Source: Eledone cirrhosa
Taxonomy: Eukaryota
Length of the DNA: 64,000 nucleotides
NCBI GenBank assembly: GCA_964016885.1
Contig: OZ024747.1
Location: forward strand, 16,678,001-16,742,000
Direction: 5' to 3'
The position numbers and the translations under genes were made by a program. Position 1 is the stretch's first letter; each line of letters begins with the position of its first letter. The notes below the pieces were generated by a model. The model was given only the letters and a program-made list of their open reading frames with translations, had not been told where the DNA came from and made no database searches. This document shows positions 1-13,723 of this stretch, one piece after another.

Positions 1-1306
1 ATAGTCATTTGTATACCTAACTGGTCATTGCAATCGATTTCTGGATAATGCGATCTGATAATTCAACAGGATACCAATAAGAAACATCGGATTAATTATA
101 TTAATAATATATTTGTTTTTCTGGTGTAAACGTGAAGTAAAACATTATAGAATCAATGCAATTACACTTCACATATCGTGTTTCTTTATTACAGTATAAA
201 TAAACAAACAAAATATGTTTGAAATAAAAATAACGTTTAAATTTCATAGAATATCTCAGAATCTAATCAATTTTATATGGACATAAAACATATTCCAGAC
301 GATGAGCTTTCACGCTTAATTCCGACAGTAAAAAGACTAATACCGTTGTTTTCATTTCTATTTGCTTCTCATCTTAAAACATACGATTGCTAGAGTAATT
401 TTGCATTAAAGTAATACAAGAAGTGAATCCAATGACCCGTACTACTAGAAAAAAGAAATATGTATAACATAAAACGAAAAAGAATATAAACGAAAGTTTT
501 TCGCAAAGAAAGAATCAATATGTGCCAGGAAATGTATGCTTGTTGTTACGTTATGCTTTCAAATCAAATCATGATCATCAGCTTCTTTAACGGAAATGTG
601 TTTTAAATAAATTTTATTGATCGGCAAAGCATTTAATCTAACGAGTAGAGGAATTTCTCTGTCAAGCAAACCGATATCTGATTGAATATGTTTGTCTTCT
701 TCCAGAATTCAAAAATAATAATCAAATAAAATGAAAGAGATTAAAAGGATAAAAAATAACGATATAAATTCGAAATCAAACAAAGAGTATAAGAGAGATT
801 TCAGTAGTATATATGTAATACACATAAAAAGAGATAGATGATATGGATGTATTTAAATATCTGAAAAGTAGATGTTCAGCTTTTTAGTGAGGAGATATAA
901 TATCTTCATATTTAGTGTATTTCATATTATGTTCATAGCTGTGAAAATATATAATACTTAATATTGTATCGCTGGCAGTCATGCACACAAGGGGGTAAAT
1001 ATATACACATACATACGCGCGCGCACACACACACTCTCACTCACTCACTCACTCACTCACTCACTCACTCACCCACTCACTCACCCACTCACCCACTCAC
1101 TCACCCACTCACCCACTCACTCACCCACTCTCTCTCTCTCTCTCACTCATACACACACTCTCTCTCTCTCTCACACACACACACACATATATATGTATAT
1201 ATATGTGTGTGTGTGTGTGTGTGTCTCACCCGCCACTCTCAAGCGTGAACCTAATACTAACACTCTCTGTACTGCACTCTTCGTTATTCTTTTTGTTTTT
1301 TGTTTT

Positions 1307-1416
<110 letters not shown>

Positions 1417-4400
1417 GTGTGTGTGAGTATGTGTGAGTTTGTTTTGGTGTTTGCCAGTATGCCAGCATGAATGTATCTAATTCTATGACTATTTGTTAAA
1501 TGAAGGCAATGACACTAATTAGAATTTCACCAAATATTCTAGATTCAATACTTTGCTATTCAACATATCGGTTCAATTAATATATTTTGTTCATTAGATA
1601 ACAATGAAATATAATTAATTGAAATTTGTGAAGAACGTAGTGAATAATACATATTTTGGTAGTACATATTTTGGTAGTCTTGCTGCTTTCATCTTCTAAC
1701 CACAAGCGACAGAAACACAGTAGCAAAATTATAAAAACCAAGTGGTGCTATTTTGTCTTGTATTTGTATAATAATTATTTGGATAATAATTGAATGAATA
1801 AAATTATATATGATTATATTTAAACTTTGAAAACATGTAACGTATATGTCTTTCACCCTATAATATTTTGACTAGAAGAAAGGGTAAACAGTTTCAAATA
1901 TGTATCGAACCCAAAGCGATGGATACACATCACATTATACCACCAGACCACTAGATGAATTCGTCTTGAAATCTATAGGCATTTTAATCGCTGTCTAAAG
2001 GAAAATGCAACTCATATTACCAGTATTGACTGGTTCATATACATTGAAGTGTTAAAGATCGAACTCACATAGAGATTTGAATTTACAATATACATGAACA
2101 ACATTCAAGGTTCTCTATCCGATGGACAGGTGTTATCTCCAATTTGAACTGTATAAGAGACTGAAAAATTAACAGTTGGTGTACTGTTTCAACCTGAAAA
2201 ACCTTTACAATAGTTTAATGCACGAATATGTAAATTAGCAGTTCGAAAAATTGATATCGATTAAATAAATATGAAGCAAAAGTAATAAACACTAGTTTTG
2301 TTATGATCGATTACTTTTATGAGGGTGTTGCCTCAGTTTAATTACAGTTCAATGACCGGAATTGGGAGACACAACCTACTCCTAAAATATGGTAATGTTC
2401 AAGAGATAACATTGCACTAGTTTGAAATACATATCTGAAATATTAAGCTAGATAGTGTTTTGATTAGTTTAAATATCCCAGTTCTGGACATCTCTCATCT
2501 TCTACAATGAAACCTTTACTACTATTGACACAACACAATGTTTCATTAAATCAAATAACATTAAACTCTATTCTTTGATACAAATGTAATGTATATAATA
2601 TTCTATTTATATTAAACATTGCCAATATTAGTTACGCAGCAACGAATGCAAGTTTCAATGCTTTTTAAAATTCCACTGCTTTATCCTAGGCATATAATAT
2701 ATAAACATTTATCTTTAAAATATCTCTGAAGCTGCTTTCTAAACACTAGAAAATAATAATTTGACAAGTCAAATGCTATATGGATTGTTTTAATAATAAT
2801 AATAAGAAGAAGAAGAGTGAGATAATTTCAAGGGGATGTATATTAACATATGTATTATTGTATAATGATGTGGTATGTTAGGATTCAAAACCCTTTAAAA
2901 TAGTTTTACCTCTCAACAGACATAGCTATAAACATAAACATACATTCTCGCAAGAATTAGCTACTAGGTGCAGAGACGAACACGGAACACTTTGATATGC
3001 GATTTCAAATAACTGGATTAAATCTTCAAGCATTTGCTTCATTAATCATTGAAATCAAAATAGGATATATGCAGTTCGTGTGGTTGTTTAGACAATTCCT
3101 GTTATACATTAACATGTGTAAATATGAGACTATTGAACACATCAATTACCTTAATAGGATATGGACACCATCACTATTTAAATAGTGTTTATATTCATTC
3201 CTTACTTGTATGAGTATATATAGACATACGAATAACAATATTTTTAACTGACCTTTATGTCTTTTCTGAGTCATTATTTCACTGAAGGAAGTATAAAACA
3301 GCAATCACAAACTTACCTACAAAAGAGGGAAAAGTCATTAGAATAGACATAAAAATAATGACATCTCATAAATTACGTAGCAACAATGGGCTCATAATTA
3401 AAATACATAAACTTTTGTTATTGTTACATAAGTTTTAGACATAGACAAACCTGGTAAAATATATTGGCTCTTAAACCAGCTAGAACATTTAATCCTTTAA
3501 AACATATAATATCCTTGTTTTTCAAACCCTTTTGCCCTGATATAATGAAAGCATTTATACACGTGACCATCAACATTTTTTCCACATACTTTATATCCAG
3601 AAGTATAATACTTAACAGGTCTTACTCTTTCAAATACGCTGAGTATGAATAAAGGGTGTTTAGGTGATATTTTGAGCAAAACTTCTAACTACACTCTATT
3701 ACAAGAGTCATATTGTTTTAGAATAAATATAGAATTATATTCATATATCAAATTAGTTCATATGCGTAATATGAAATAATTCTCAAATTCTCAAATTAAC
3801 ACATAATCTAATAGAATTATACTACAACATAAATTAATTGTATTTAAATCGAACATATTAGGGTTAAACAGCCAATAACTCCAGCAATTGTATTTAACAG
3901 TGTCGAACGCAAACGATAAGTTGGTGGTTCTATGGAAGTAAAACAGCAAAGTGGAGCACGACAAGGTGATGGGGATGATGTATATTAAAAGTAAAATCCA
4001 TTAGAGATTTGAATCAGTCGAATTAGTAGATTTAAATTTAATTTCTTTTGCATCGTTTCAATAGAATGTCAGAGATATATTTTCAATGAAAATATAAAAT
4101 TAAAAATGCGTTCACCTCTGAATATGTAATTAACTCGGTAACATTATAGTTCATTTAACACAATCAATGAATAAAATTGTCCCTCTCTGTCTCCCTCTCT
4201 CTCTTTCTCCCTCTCTATCCCTCTATTTCTCTCTCTCGCACTTGCGACCATCTCAGAAAAACACGCAAACACACATACACACAAGCAACGCGCGCACCGA
4301 CCCACCCACACACACACACATATATATAGAGAGATAGATAGATATAGAGAGAGATAGGTAGATATTGAGTGATAAAGATAATACATTGAGAAAATGTAAA

Positions 4401-4503
4401 AAAAGTGAATGTCTCATTAATATCGGAACAACAACAGTAACAGTGCAACAAGTAAAAGGTAATAAATACCCCAAAATAAACTATAAAGCGCTCAGACCTA
4501 TAC

Positions 4504-4558
<55 letters not shown>

Positions 4559-4559
4559 T

Positions 4560-4633
<74 letters not shown>

Positions 4634-4724
4634 AGAATACTGCGTGGTTGCACATGGGTTACATATAATAAAAATAGTCCTTCGTCAGTGATTTTCCAAC
4701 CTTCATTGGTATTTCATCGCTTTA

Positions 4725-4885
4725 TCACCTTGATCACCTTGACGGACCAGTCTGTCGGGTGCCATTCGTCGCCGCCGGTCACAGCACGTGCTGACGCCAA
4801 GTCTAAAGAAGGGTCATTTGGCCGGTGCTAATCCCGGTTTCATGGCGTGAAGCGACTGAGAGTACAAGACTCCCCTCCTGGACAC
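4725..4885 (-). mobile_element. SINE 3' fragment (V-SINE/Mermaid-like core)
   Basis: Minus strand GTCCAGGAGGGGAGTCTTGTACTCTCAGTCGCTTCACGCCATGAAACCGGGATTAGCACCGGCC resembles the V-SINE-type central domain (from memory). It ends in a short (CAAGGTGAT) repeat tail. Confidence 0.5.
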
Positions 4886-4937
4886 ACATATATATATATA
4901 TATATATATACTGAGCCACAAAGTGACCCGTTGCAAA

Positions 4938-4969
<32 letters not shown>

Positions 4970-5173
4970 GTAAACCTTTATATGTAATCATCTTCCTTGG
5001 GTTGAGATGCAATTTTGGCTGTATAGTGCTGCGCTTTCTAGCAAAAAGCCACCAGCCGTACGTAACTAATCACATTCTTTCTAACCTGATCGCTGCTACG
5101 TCACGATTCTTAGCCATTTTTGAATGTGTTCTTGGCGCGATCACTTTAGAAAATGTATTGTCTAAATGAGCTA

Positions 5174-5251
5174 ACTTCCTGAAGAGTCCGGTGCTCTAGG
5201 TGTCCGATGCTATCGGATATCTTAAAATGCGGACGAAACCATGGTAGAGGT
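5174..5251 (+). ncRNA. Type I hammerhead ribozyme (canonical core)
   Basis: ACUUC-CUGAAGA-GUCCG...CGGAC-GAAAC-CAUG-GUA-GAGGU. Stem I ACUUC/GAGGU, stem II GUCCG/CGGAC, palindromic stem III ACCAUGGU, extra hairpin inside loop II. Confidence 0.85.
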
Positions 5252-5574
5252 CACTAAATATGTTCACATTTCTCCTAGTTTATTTTACACCTAATTCTGG
5301 TTAGTTGACTGTATATCTGAGCGATTCATACAAGCTGTCGAAATACTCGATAAATACTCCGTCGCAGCCGGCGCGAAGGGCTGATTCGGTTATTTGTCGG
5401 AGATTTCTTCATAGAAGCCTTTATTCTTATAGCTTGGTCTAATCGAATTTTTATATGGTTAATTATGCTAATTGGGAGAGGAAATGGTATATATTTTATC
5501 TGGTGATTCTATAGACATGTTTTACGATATATATACATATATATATATATACATACATATATAGAGATAGCAGA

Positions 5575-5780
5575 TGAACTATTAGAATGATAGAGGGGAA
5601 ACCAAGACAGCACAGAAGAAACAGAGGGTGGCCAAGGGCTTGAACATGCGATAATCTAAACCGATACCTCGGTCCCACATGGCCCAATAAGATCAACGAC
5701 AGGAAGCAGTAGAGGTCAAGCTGGCAGGGGTTCATCTAACAAGAAGGGGGAAGCCCTGGAATTTGGAATTGGATTTTGGA
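5575..5780 (+). mobile_element. Decayed RTE-type LINE 3' end
   Basis: Degenerate G..RGRP..W....DR..WR-like coding remnant followed by a short (TGGAAT)-like tail. Confidence 0.45.
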
Positions 5781-5837
5781 TATACATTTGATAAAGCTAT
5801 ATATTATATATTCCATGTTTACATACCTACATATTGG

Positions 5838-5990
5838 ATACGATTTTAGTACTTAAATATTTCATTATTTTATCAATCCCCCACTAGAATGAAAGGCAAA
5901 TTTGACCTTACCAGGATTTAAACTCAGAGCGTAACGGACCGTAATTAGATACTATAATAATTGTGTCCGATGCTGCAACAATTCTCTCGA
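5838..5990 (-). mobile_element. Degenerate tRNA-derived SINE
   Basis: Reverse complement of the SINE core (GAATGAAAGGCAAATTTGACCT...GGATTTAAACTCAGA). Confidence 0.6.
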
Positions 5991-6635
5991 TCTATCCATC
6001 ACAATAATATAGCTGTTTCGCGTCTCTTATTTTGCTTCTTATCAGGCTTGTTTCCCTTTGTAATGCATTCACATTCTGCTTCATGAATATATGTTACACA
6101 TTTTGGGAATAAAAATAGATATCGCAATGCATATTTCATCCCATATCTTTGTGTTAATTTTTTTTACGGACACCTTTGTGTTCTCTACTGTCACCTTTAT
6201 ATAAAACAGATATTTGTATGTTTTCAAATAGATTTCATAATCAATAATGATACATGGTGTTTGATTTGATCTACCATATGTATGTATATATAGATATCTA
6301 TTGTTATAGATATGAACGAACTTTGCTTCGAAAAGAACTATAAATTACGTTATATTTACTTATTCAGTTTTCGATCTACATTGCCTCTATTGAATGACTT
6401 TCATTCGCTTTCCGTTTTCTCAGCTTGTTCTCACAATATTGTGAATAGGAAAAAAATGAAGTAAACTGATAAAGTTTTCCGCCAAATAAATAACAGTGTT
6501 TCATAGACTGTTGAAATGTGAGCTTACTTTATTTTTTTGGAATTTATGTTTGTATAAATATGAAAAAAATGTTTATGTGTGTGGTGTGTTTCTATGCATG
6601 TATGTATGTATGTTTGTATGTATGTATGTGCGCGT

Positions 6636-6674
<39 letters not shown>

Positions 6675-8074
6675 AGTGCGTGTATGTGAGTATGTGTGTG
6701 TAAGTGTGTCTGTGCCTATACATTAATACATATATATCCTCATACTTGGTGTTGTTGCTGTTTATCTAGAAAGGAAGATGGAAGAAATTAAACATGTAGA
6801 AGTCTGGGATCATAACAGTGTTATCATACAATATACTTTTGAAGAAAATAACAATGGTATACATTTCAAAAGAATCTGCATACAAATGACGTAGTTCCTA
6901 GATAGATATAATTGGTTGGGTATTGGAAGCATATGCGTAAAATGTGTTTGGAGGAGATAGATTGCTAGATATAAAAATAAATCCATGAATTATTTGAAAA
7001 TATCTAAAAAATACATAATGGAATAATGTTTTATGCCCTTTCCTCACTCACGTTATTGTACCGCAATGATTAATATTTTAAGCATTTATTACAATTTCTT
7101 TCATATGTAACACATAGCCAATACTTAGAAATTCAAACATATTTGTGCTAATATTTTCACAAAGAGATCCGGTTGATTTTATCTTTAACAAAGACATTAC
7201 AATTTAATGAGGAAGGTCACGAAAGTAGGTAAATATTACCGCCATAAGCAAACGAGATATTAAAATAACGATTGAGTGTTTACCTAGTCCTCACTACAAA
7301 ATTTAAAACATTACTTGAGTATGGCAATCTTGTTCTTGTATTCACTAAACCGAAATTGCTGATCTGTTCACGGATACTTAAATGAAAGAACCTGGTAATT
7401 AGATAGAATGACGGGAATTATGTTGCAATTGATATTTCCATTGATTGGTAGATGTGTCACAGCATTTCCGTTAATAGAGGGGAGGATTGAAAGTCAGAGC
7501 CCACGGAGCCAGACAAGATACAGCAAAGCATATTCTCCGACACTTCAAAGGATTCCATTATGTTGACCTCAGCGAGTTTTTAACGTTAAACAGAAGGAAC
7601 ACCGAGTTATTTCACACTATATTCTAACCGCTTTGCAAGTCTGTCGCCAAAGCGAAATGATGTGTTAGATAACAATAATACAAAGGACAAATATATTGAA
7701 ACACTACTTTAAAATAATTAATTAGTTCGGTTATTTCGTACAAAATATTCCTTAACGAATTTGTTAAGAGAAAGAGGAACAGAAATTTAACTAGCACACT
7801 AAAGGACGTAAGTTAATGTACTGAACAAAAGCACTGCCAATGGTTTCAAGGCTCAATATTGACTACAACTTCAGAATACAAGAAGGCTGAAATTGTGATC
7901 TAGCTTCAGGCGTCTAGACGGGGTTATAACATCCCGTTAAAGTTAATACGTGCTAGAAAAGCTAGTTTACGAAAGAACGTATCATATCAAAGGAAAATGA
8001 CCACAAGATGTGAATTTGCAAAGCGAGATCGTTCCCGAGTTAGTTATCACATTATTATCCTTATCGTCAGGCAA

Positions 8075-8420
8075 CATGTTTCCTGGCATTGAGTTACGGT
8101 CCTTTACGTTATGAGTTCAAATACTGTCGAAGTTAGCTTTGCCTTTCGTTCTTACGTGATCGATAAACAAAGGCATCAATAACGCCTGGGATCGATTTAA
8201 TTGACTTCCCCCTCCCCTTCAAATTGCTGACCTTGCGTCTTAAGTAAAAATGTAGAGAGTCGGATGCCATGCTTTCCAGCATAGTTACGTCCCTTTACAG
8301 TCCGAGTTGAAATCCCGCCGAGGTTAACTTTGCCTTTCATCCTTACGGGGTCGATAAAATAAAGTACCAGTAATGCACTGGAAATTGCTGGCCTTGTGCC
8401 TAAAGTAAAAACAATTATTA
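8075..8420 (+). mobile_element. Two adjacent tRNA-derived SINE copies
   Basis: B box GAGTTCAAAT / GAGTTGAAATCC, core GCCTTTCATCCTTACGGGGTCGATAAAATAAAGTACCAGT, tail GCCTTGTGCC...AACAATTATT. Confidence 0.85.
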
Positions 8421-8844
8421 CGGCGTTTAATTAAATTCCAATTACATTGAAACGTTAATGACAAAGAGAAAGTGTAATAAAAATTGTCCAAGCTTTCAAA
8501 CATGTCACAGAGAAGATGGTAAATAAATAGGGGAATAGAGCACAAGAGAAAAAATAATACGACGTTTGTAGAAAATATATAATGTCTTAAAGAAATAAAA
8601 TTGTAAAGGTTATTTATTTATTGCACAGCATAGGTAAGAGTATTGTTGTATTCTCTTGTGGTGATATCTTTTCGAGCAGTTTTGTAGTTGCTTTCTGAAT
8701 ATTATTTTATTTCGTAACACTAAAATGATAGCATTCCTTTTAATTGATTAATCAATACATTGATTTAATTTACACAGACGCAGCAGAAAATGTATATGTG
8801 TATACACACACATGCACACACGCACGCACACACACATACATACT

Positions 8845-8885
<41 letters not shown>

Positions 8886-8976
8886 CGAAGGAAATGTGGT
8901 AAGGAACCAGGTGGACCATAACGCACCAAAGTACTCAATACTTGAGGTAGTAGAGTGGGTAATAGGAACCAGTAAG

Positions 8977-9070
8977 ACCCCGACAGCTGAGCTCAAGCCG
9001 TTTCGACGGCTAATTCTGGACTAAATGAAAATTTATCCTGGTATTTAAATCGCCGATCTTCTCAAGGGGT
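8977..9070 (-). ncRNA. Type I hammerhead ribozyme, U3-A8 core variant, in PLE 3' pLTR
   Basis: Minus strand reads ACCCC-UUGAGAA-GAUCGGC...GCCGUC-GAA-ACGGC-UUGAGCUCA-GCUGU-C-GGGGU. Stems I, II and III pair, the cleavage triplet is GUC, and loop III is palindromic. Confidence 0.75.
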
Positions 9071-10178
9071 AATTCCATATATGGTCAAAGTGATTGTCAA
9101 AAATCAGTAGTAATTCCGTGGTTGCAAATTAGTAGGGGAGATGGTGGCTAAACCTGCCAGTAGGAGAAAGAGGGGAGGGGGCGGAGTAGACCCAATCAAG
9201 CGTTTGTAGTGCCAGCTACAGCTGGGCATGAGGTCAAAGAAGATACAGAGGAGGGGGAGGGGGAGGAAGTCGGAACGGTGGGTAGAACAATGGGGGGTAG
9301 AAATAGGAAAGAAAAAAATACTGAGAGTGAAGAAAAGCAAATAAGTGTAAAGAAACAAGTAAAGTAAATTAAATTCTACGACCTAGGTGTCAGGCTATTG
9401 TTAGGCTAGAATAAAATAAATAAAGAAAGAAAGAAGTAAATAAATAAATAAATAAATAAATAACGAAATCAGTAAAAGAACTAGGTGGGACGAAATAGGC
9501 AAGGACCCTTTTAAGAGGTATAAGTACGTAAATGATACGGTGACGGGTCAACAAAAGGGGCCAAAATACTAAAGAGACTACCACGAAATAAACAATAAAG
9601 GTTTCCATCCCGGGCCAGCAACGACCCAGTGCAGCAAAGTGAACTTGTACGAGATAATAATTCTGAGTCCCGAGAAAAATATATACTAATGCTAACTCTA
9701 AAAGATCTAAAACAAGCTACATGAAAGTTCGTACGAAATAAAGGTAGAATACGGAGAAATAAATTCAGAATCCACCCCGCCCAGAAGAAAAGCGAAGCAA
9801 GAAATACTGAAACGAAAAAATAAGGCATAAGTGCCACTAAGAAATATAGAGGGCACAGAGAATAGTGGGAGCGGTCGGAAAAGGGGGGCAAGTATCCGGG
9901 GTCTAAGCCAACTGCTATAAAGGGCGGAGTCCGCCAAATCTATCATAGACTAGGGGAGGGGGGGTGGGGGTACTAAGGCTACATGGGGCCAAAGGGCAGC
10001 CTCGGGTGGGCGAGAAAAGACGCCGACAAAGGAGAAGAGCTGGGGTAGAAGGACAAGGGAGAGAGGGGGGAAGGAAATAAAGGAAGCGATAAAAGAATAC
10101 AAAGAAGATCTTACGTCTTCCTTGGCAAGCAGGGGTTACCCATTGCAAAATCGGCAAGTGGGGTGTTATAGCCCTAGT

Positions 10179-12332
10179 CTACCCCCCAGGGTCATTATGG
10201 GGTTTGAGGGTGAGGTAAGTCCGACGCAATCTATGTTTACATGCAGTAACCAGTTCATCTTTCTTGTTTAGGAGTTGGTCCGTCGAAAACAGCATTTGTA
10301 AAGTTTCCTCCGAGCATAAATTGCACGGACGGCGTCCTCCCGTGTACGAATTGGCTCTGGACAGTAATCTCCAAGTGAGATCATAGGTGATGTTGTTGTC
10401 CTTGAGGTCCCATATGTGGCCCGAAAGTGTAGTGGCGTGACGCCGGGCCGGGTTTCGGAAGGTATGTCTATGTTGGTATAGCCGGGTCTTGAAGTCACAT
10501 GCGGTAAGTCCTATATAGGCTTTGTTGGAGGTATCCGTCCTCACGTTGCACTGGTAGATCACATTACGGTCTCTGCATCTATTGTCGAGTGGGCAAATAG
10601 ATCTATCCGGGCAGTTACACCTCCTGGTCGGTTCTCCACTGCTATTTAGGTTATTTCTGCCATCGGCGTTGAGTTTTTTGTTGTTAGAGGAGACGATGTT
10701 TTGTGCGAAGTTTGGTGTAGTGCTGTAAGAGAGTTTGATGGTATTTTTGTTAATTATGTTGTGGTAGCGGTGTTGTAATGGGAAGTGGTTTTCAATGAGC
10801 CTAAAGAATAGTTTCCCGATGGGAGTAGTCACCTCTGCGTTGTGGGGAGGATTGAACCATGTTACATTGCGTGAGCGGCGGTGTCTCCTGCTGGTTCCGC
10901 TAATGGGAGCTGGACAGTAGGATATTTCCTCCCGGAAACCACTCCGCTTGAGGGCCTGGTTGTAATAAGGCGCATGTTCATCGAATATCCGCTCATTAGC
11001 TGACAAACGGGATATGCGGAGGGAGATGTTTTTGACCAGGTTGTTTGTGATGTTCCTAGGATGGTTTGATCGGCGGTGGATGTAGTGCAGATTGTCATTA
11101 GGTTTCCTGTATGGGTAGTACAGGTCGTTTTCGAGGTCGAGGGTCACGTCCAGGAAGTTTACTCGGGTCAGGGACGTTTGTAGGGTTATTTTAAATCCCC
11201 AGTCGCGGAAGAATCTGATTAATTGTTTCCGGACCCGATCTGTACAACTGGGGTTGTACCCTTTAAGGGTAAGGAGCCCATCATCACGGTACAATCCACC
11301 ACCGAATGCAGGAAACATATCAGTGAGTTTGGCTATTAGGAATAATCCTATAAGATCAGTGACCTCCGCCGAATCCGTGGCGCCCATGCTGACGTCGAAG
11401 GGTGAGTCGGGAGCTCTTTTTATTCATTTAGAGTCGTCAAAGAGTAAGACTGTCTTCCTGGCGTGGAGGATGATTTTTCTTTCCTGGTCGGTGATGGGCA
11501 CGAGTGTTTCGGCGAAGTCCAAGGCGGCAGTAGGTAGTGGTAAGGTGATTGAAGCATAGTAGCTCTCTATGTCGAACTGTATGAATTTAGTTTCTCGTTT
11601 ATCCTCCATATTGCTGAACCAGGAGATTACTTCCTGGGTGTTGATCCATAGGCTAAGTCGGGTGTGTTGCTTGACTTTTGGTATCACGCGGTCTAGGATT
11701 TTTTTGCTGATTCTCCCTATGTCGGACTTCGTTGGGTTAATAAGCCTGATAGAGGGTTTACGGTCAAAATCGGATTTATGGTCCTTCAGTGTGAAGTATG
11801 GTGTCCTTGGGTCTAGAGGTTCCGTGCGGTCGGCGACCCCGAGGCTGGAGGTGATTTGTTGTCCATCTCGATTTATGTCCTCGATGCAAGAGTGGTTGGC
11901 CTTTTTATAGGTGGAGTTTAGGCTGCTCCTGATCAGTGTGTGATATCTGTCAGGGTTGACAAAGTATAGGTTCCCAGTTTTATCCGAATGCACCATGATG
12001 TCATTTGTGTTATCATACTCTGTTAAGTTGCTACGGAGTTTTTGTAGGAATCGGCTGTGTCTGGGTTTAAATTTAATGTTCTTGACCAGTTGGAAGAGGT
12101 CATTCTCGAAGGGTGCGAGCAAGGGGTTCAGGGGCGGAGATTTGTAGGTCATAAATCCGAATCTCTCCTTGGTGCCGAAGTCTTGGTTGTCGCAATATCT
12201 GTCATAGAAAAAAGTTCTCCATCTAAGTCTTTTCGCAAATAGATCGATTTTTTGCGTGAGCATCCGAAGGTAAAGTTTTTTCGGTGGGATTGGGATGTTC
12301 TTGGTAGAGAAGTCAATGTTGTGTTTTCGCAT
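10179..12332 (-). pseudogene. PLE reverse transcriptase / GIY-YIG endonuclease polyprotein (717 codons) with one in-frame TGA at 11424-11426
   Basis: Track ORFs 11424-12332 and 10179-11387 share a frame: ...LFDDSK*IKRAPDSPFDVSMGATDSAEV. RT motifs: IQFDIESYYASI, FDVSMGA, YRDDGL, NFLDVTLDL, YRKPN. Linker CNCPDRSIC (CxCx5C). Endonuclease: VIY...YIGLT..FKTR...H, then CNLCSEE and LN...CKH. Confidence 0.95.
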
Positions 12333-12648
12333 GGTGCGGGTGAAATGAATTGAGCTTAGCGGAAAAGTCTGGATACGGCGTGGTAGGGTCGGAAAGTGCT
12401 ATTTTTTTCTTTCCTATTTCTACCCCCATTGTTCTACCTACCGTTCCGACTTCCTCCCCCTCCCCCTCCCCTGTATCTTCTTTGACCTCATGCCCAGCTG
12501 TAGCTGGCACTACCAACGCTTGATTGGGTCTACTCCACCCCCTCCCCTCTTTCTCCTACTGGCAGGTTTAGCCACCATCTCCCCTACTAATTTGCAACCA
12601 CAGAATTACTACTGATTTTTGACAATCACTTTGACCATATATGGAATT

Positions 12649-12742
12649 ACCCCTTGAGAAGATCGGCTATTTAAATACCAGGATAAATTTTCATTTAGTC
12701 CAGAATTAGACGTCGAAACGGCTTGAGCTCAGCTATCGGGGT
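12649..12742 (+). ncRNA. Hammerhead ribozyme copy in the inverted pLTR (U3-A8 core, partly mutated)
   Basis: Same fold as 8977-9070 but with GUC>AUC and GCCGUC>GACGUC changes. Confidence 0.6.
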
Positions 12743-13319
12743 CTTACTGGTTCCTATATATATATATATATATATATATATGAATATACATATATATATA
12801 TAATTGAAATGAACGAGCAAAACGCAGGAGGCAGTTATTTATATATATGTGTGTATGTGTGTGTATGTGGGGGGGGGGGTATTAATGTATGTATTCCTAT
12901 GTTTTTGTGCGTGTGTGTGTTCTAGTGTGTTCTGTTCTAGTTTGACGCTCAAAGATTCTGAATCAGTAGAGTAGCTGATTCAGTACAATAGTTAAAAGCA
13001 GTCGTCCAGCATATTAAAGATGTATGTTTTTTTTCCTCGTAGGCCTCATTGTCAACAGCATCTGTTACCAGGAACGTATTAGCCGACTACATCATCAACT
13101 ATTGTTTATAATTACTTCTTTTTAACAATATAAGCAACTTTATTGATAATTATGTGTAACATTTGGCTTAATTGCAACATACCATGAGAAAAAGGCTTGC
13201 CAGTCTAAGCGATGATTATTTAACAACATGCAGGATGCACAAACGGTCACCCATTCAATATATTGAACTATGTAAAAATACAATACTATCGTAATGTTCA
13301 TTTATATATATATATATAT

Positions 13320-13723
<404 letters not shown>

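Larger units (their letters stand above)
8885..12757 (-). mobile_element. Penelope-like retroelement, near full length, Hydra-clade-like, with inverted pseudo-LTR, inserted in (TA)n
   Basis: RT + GIY-YIG frame at 12332-10179. About 359-bp inverted repeat 8962-9320 vs 12400-12757. Extra unpaired 3' tail at 8885-8961. (TA)n runs on both flanks. Confidence 0.95.

Noticed and set aside
4630-4720. CUGACGAAGG on the minus strand as a hammerhead core
   Set aside because: No downstream GAAA or stem III found; at best a truncated remnant.
11254-12516. Overlapping alternative-frame and antisense ORFs in the PLE
   Set aside because: Shadow ORFs of the RT frame and pLTR with no recognisable motifs.
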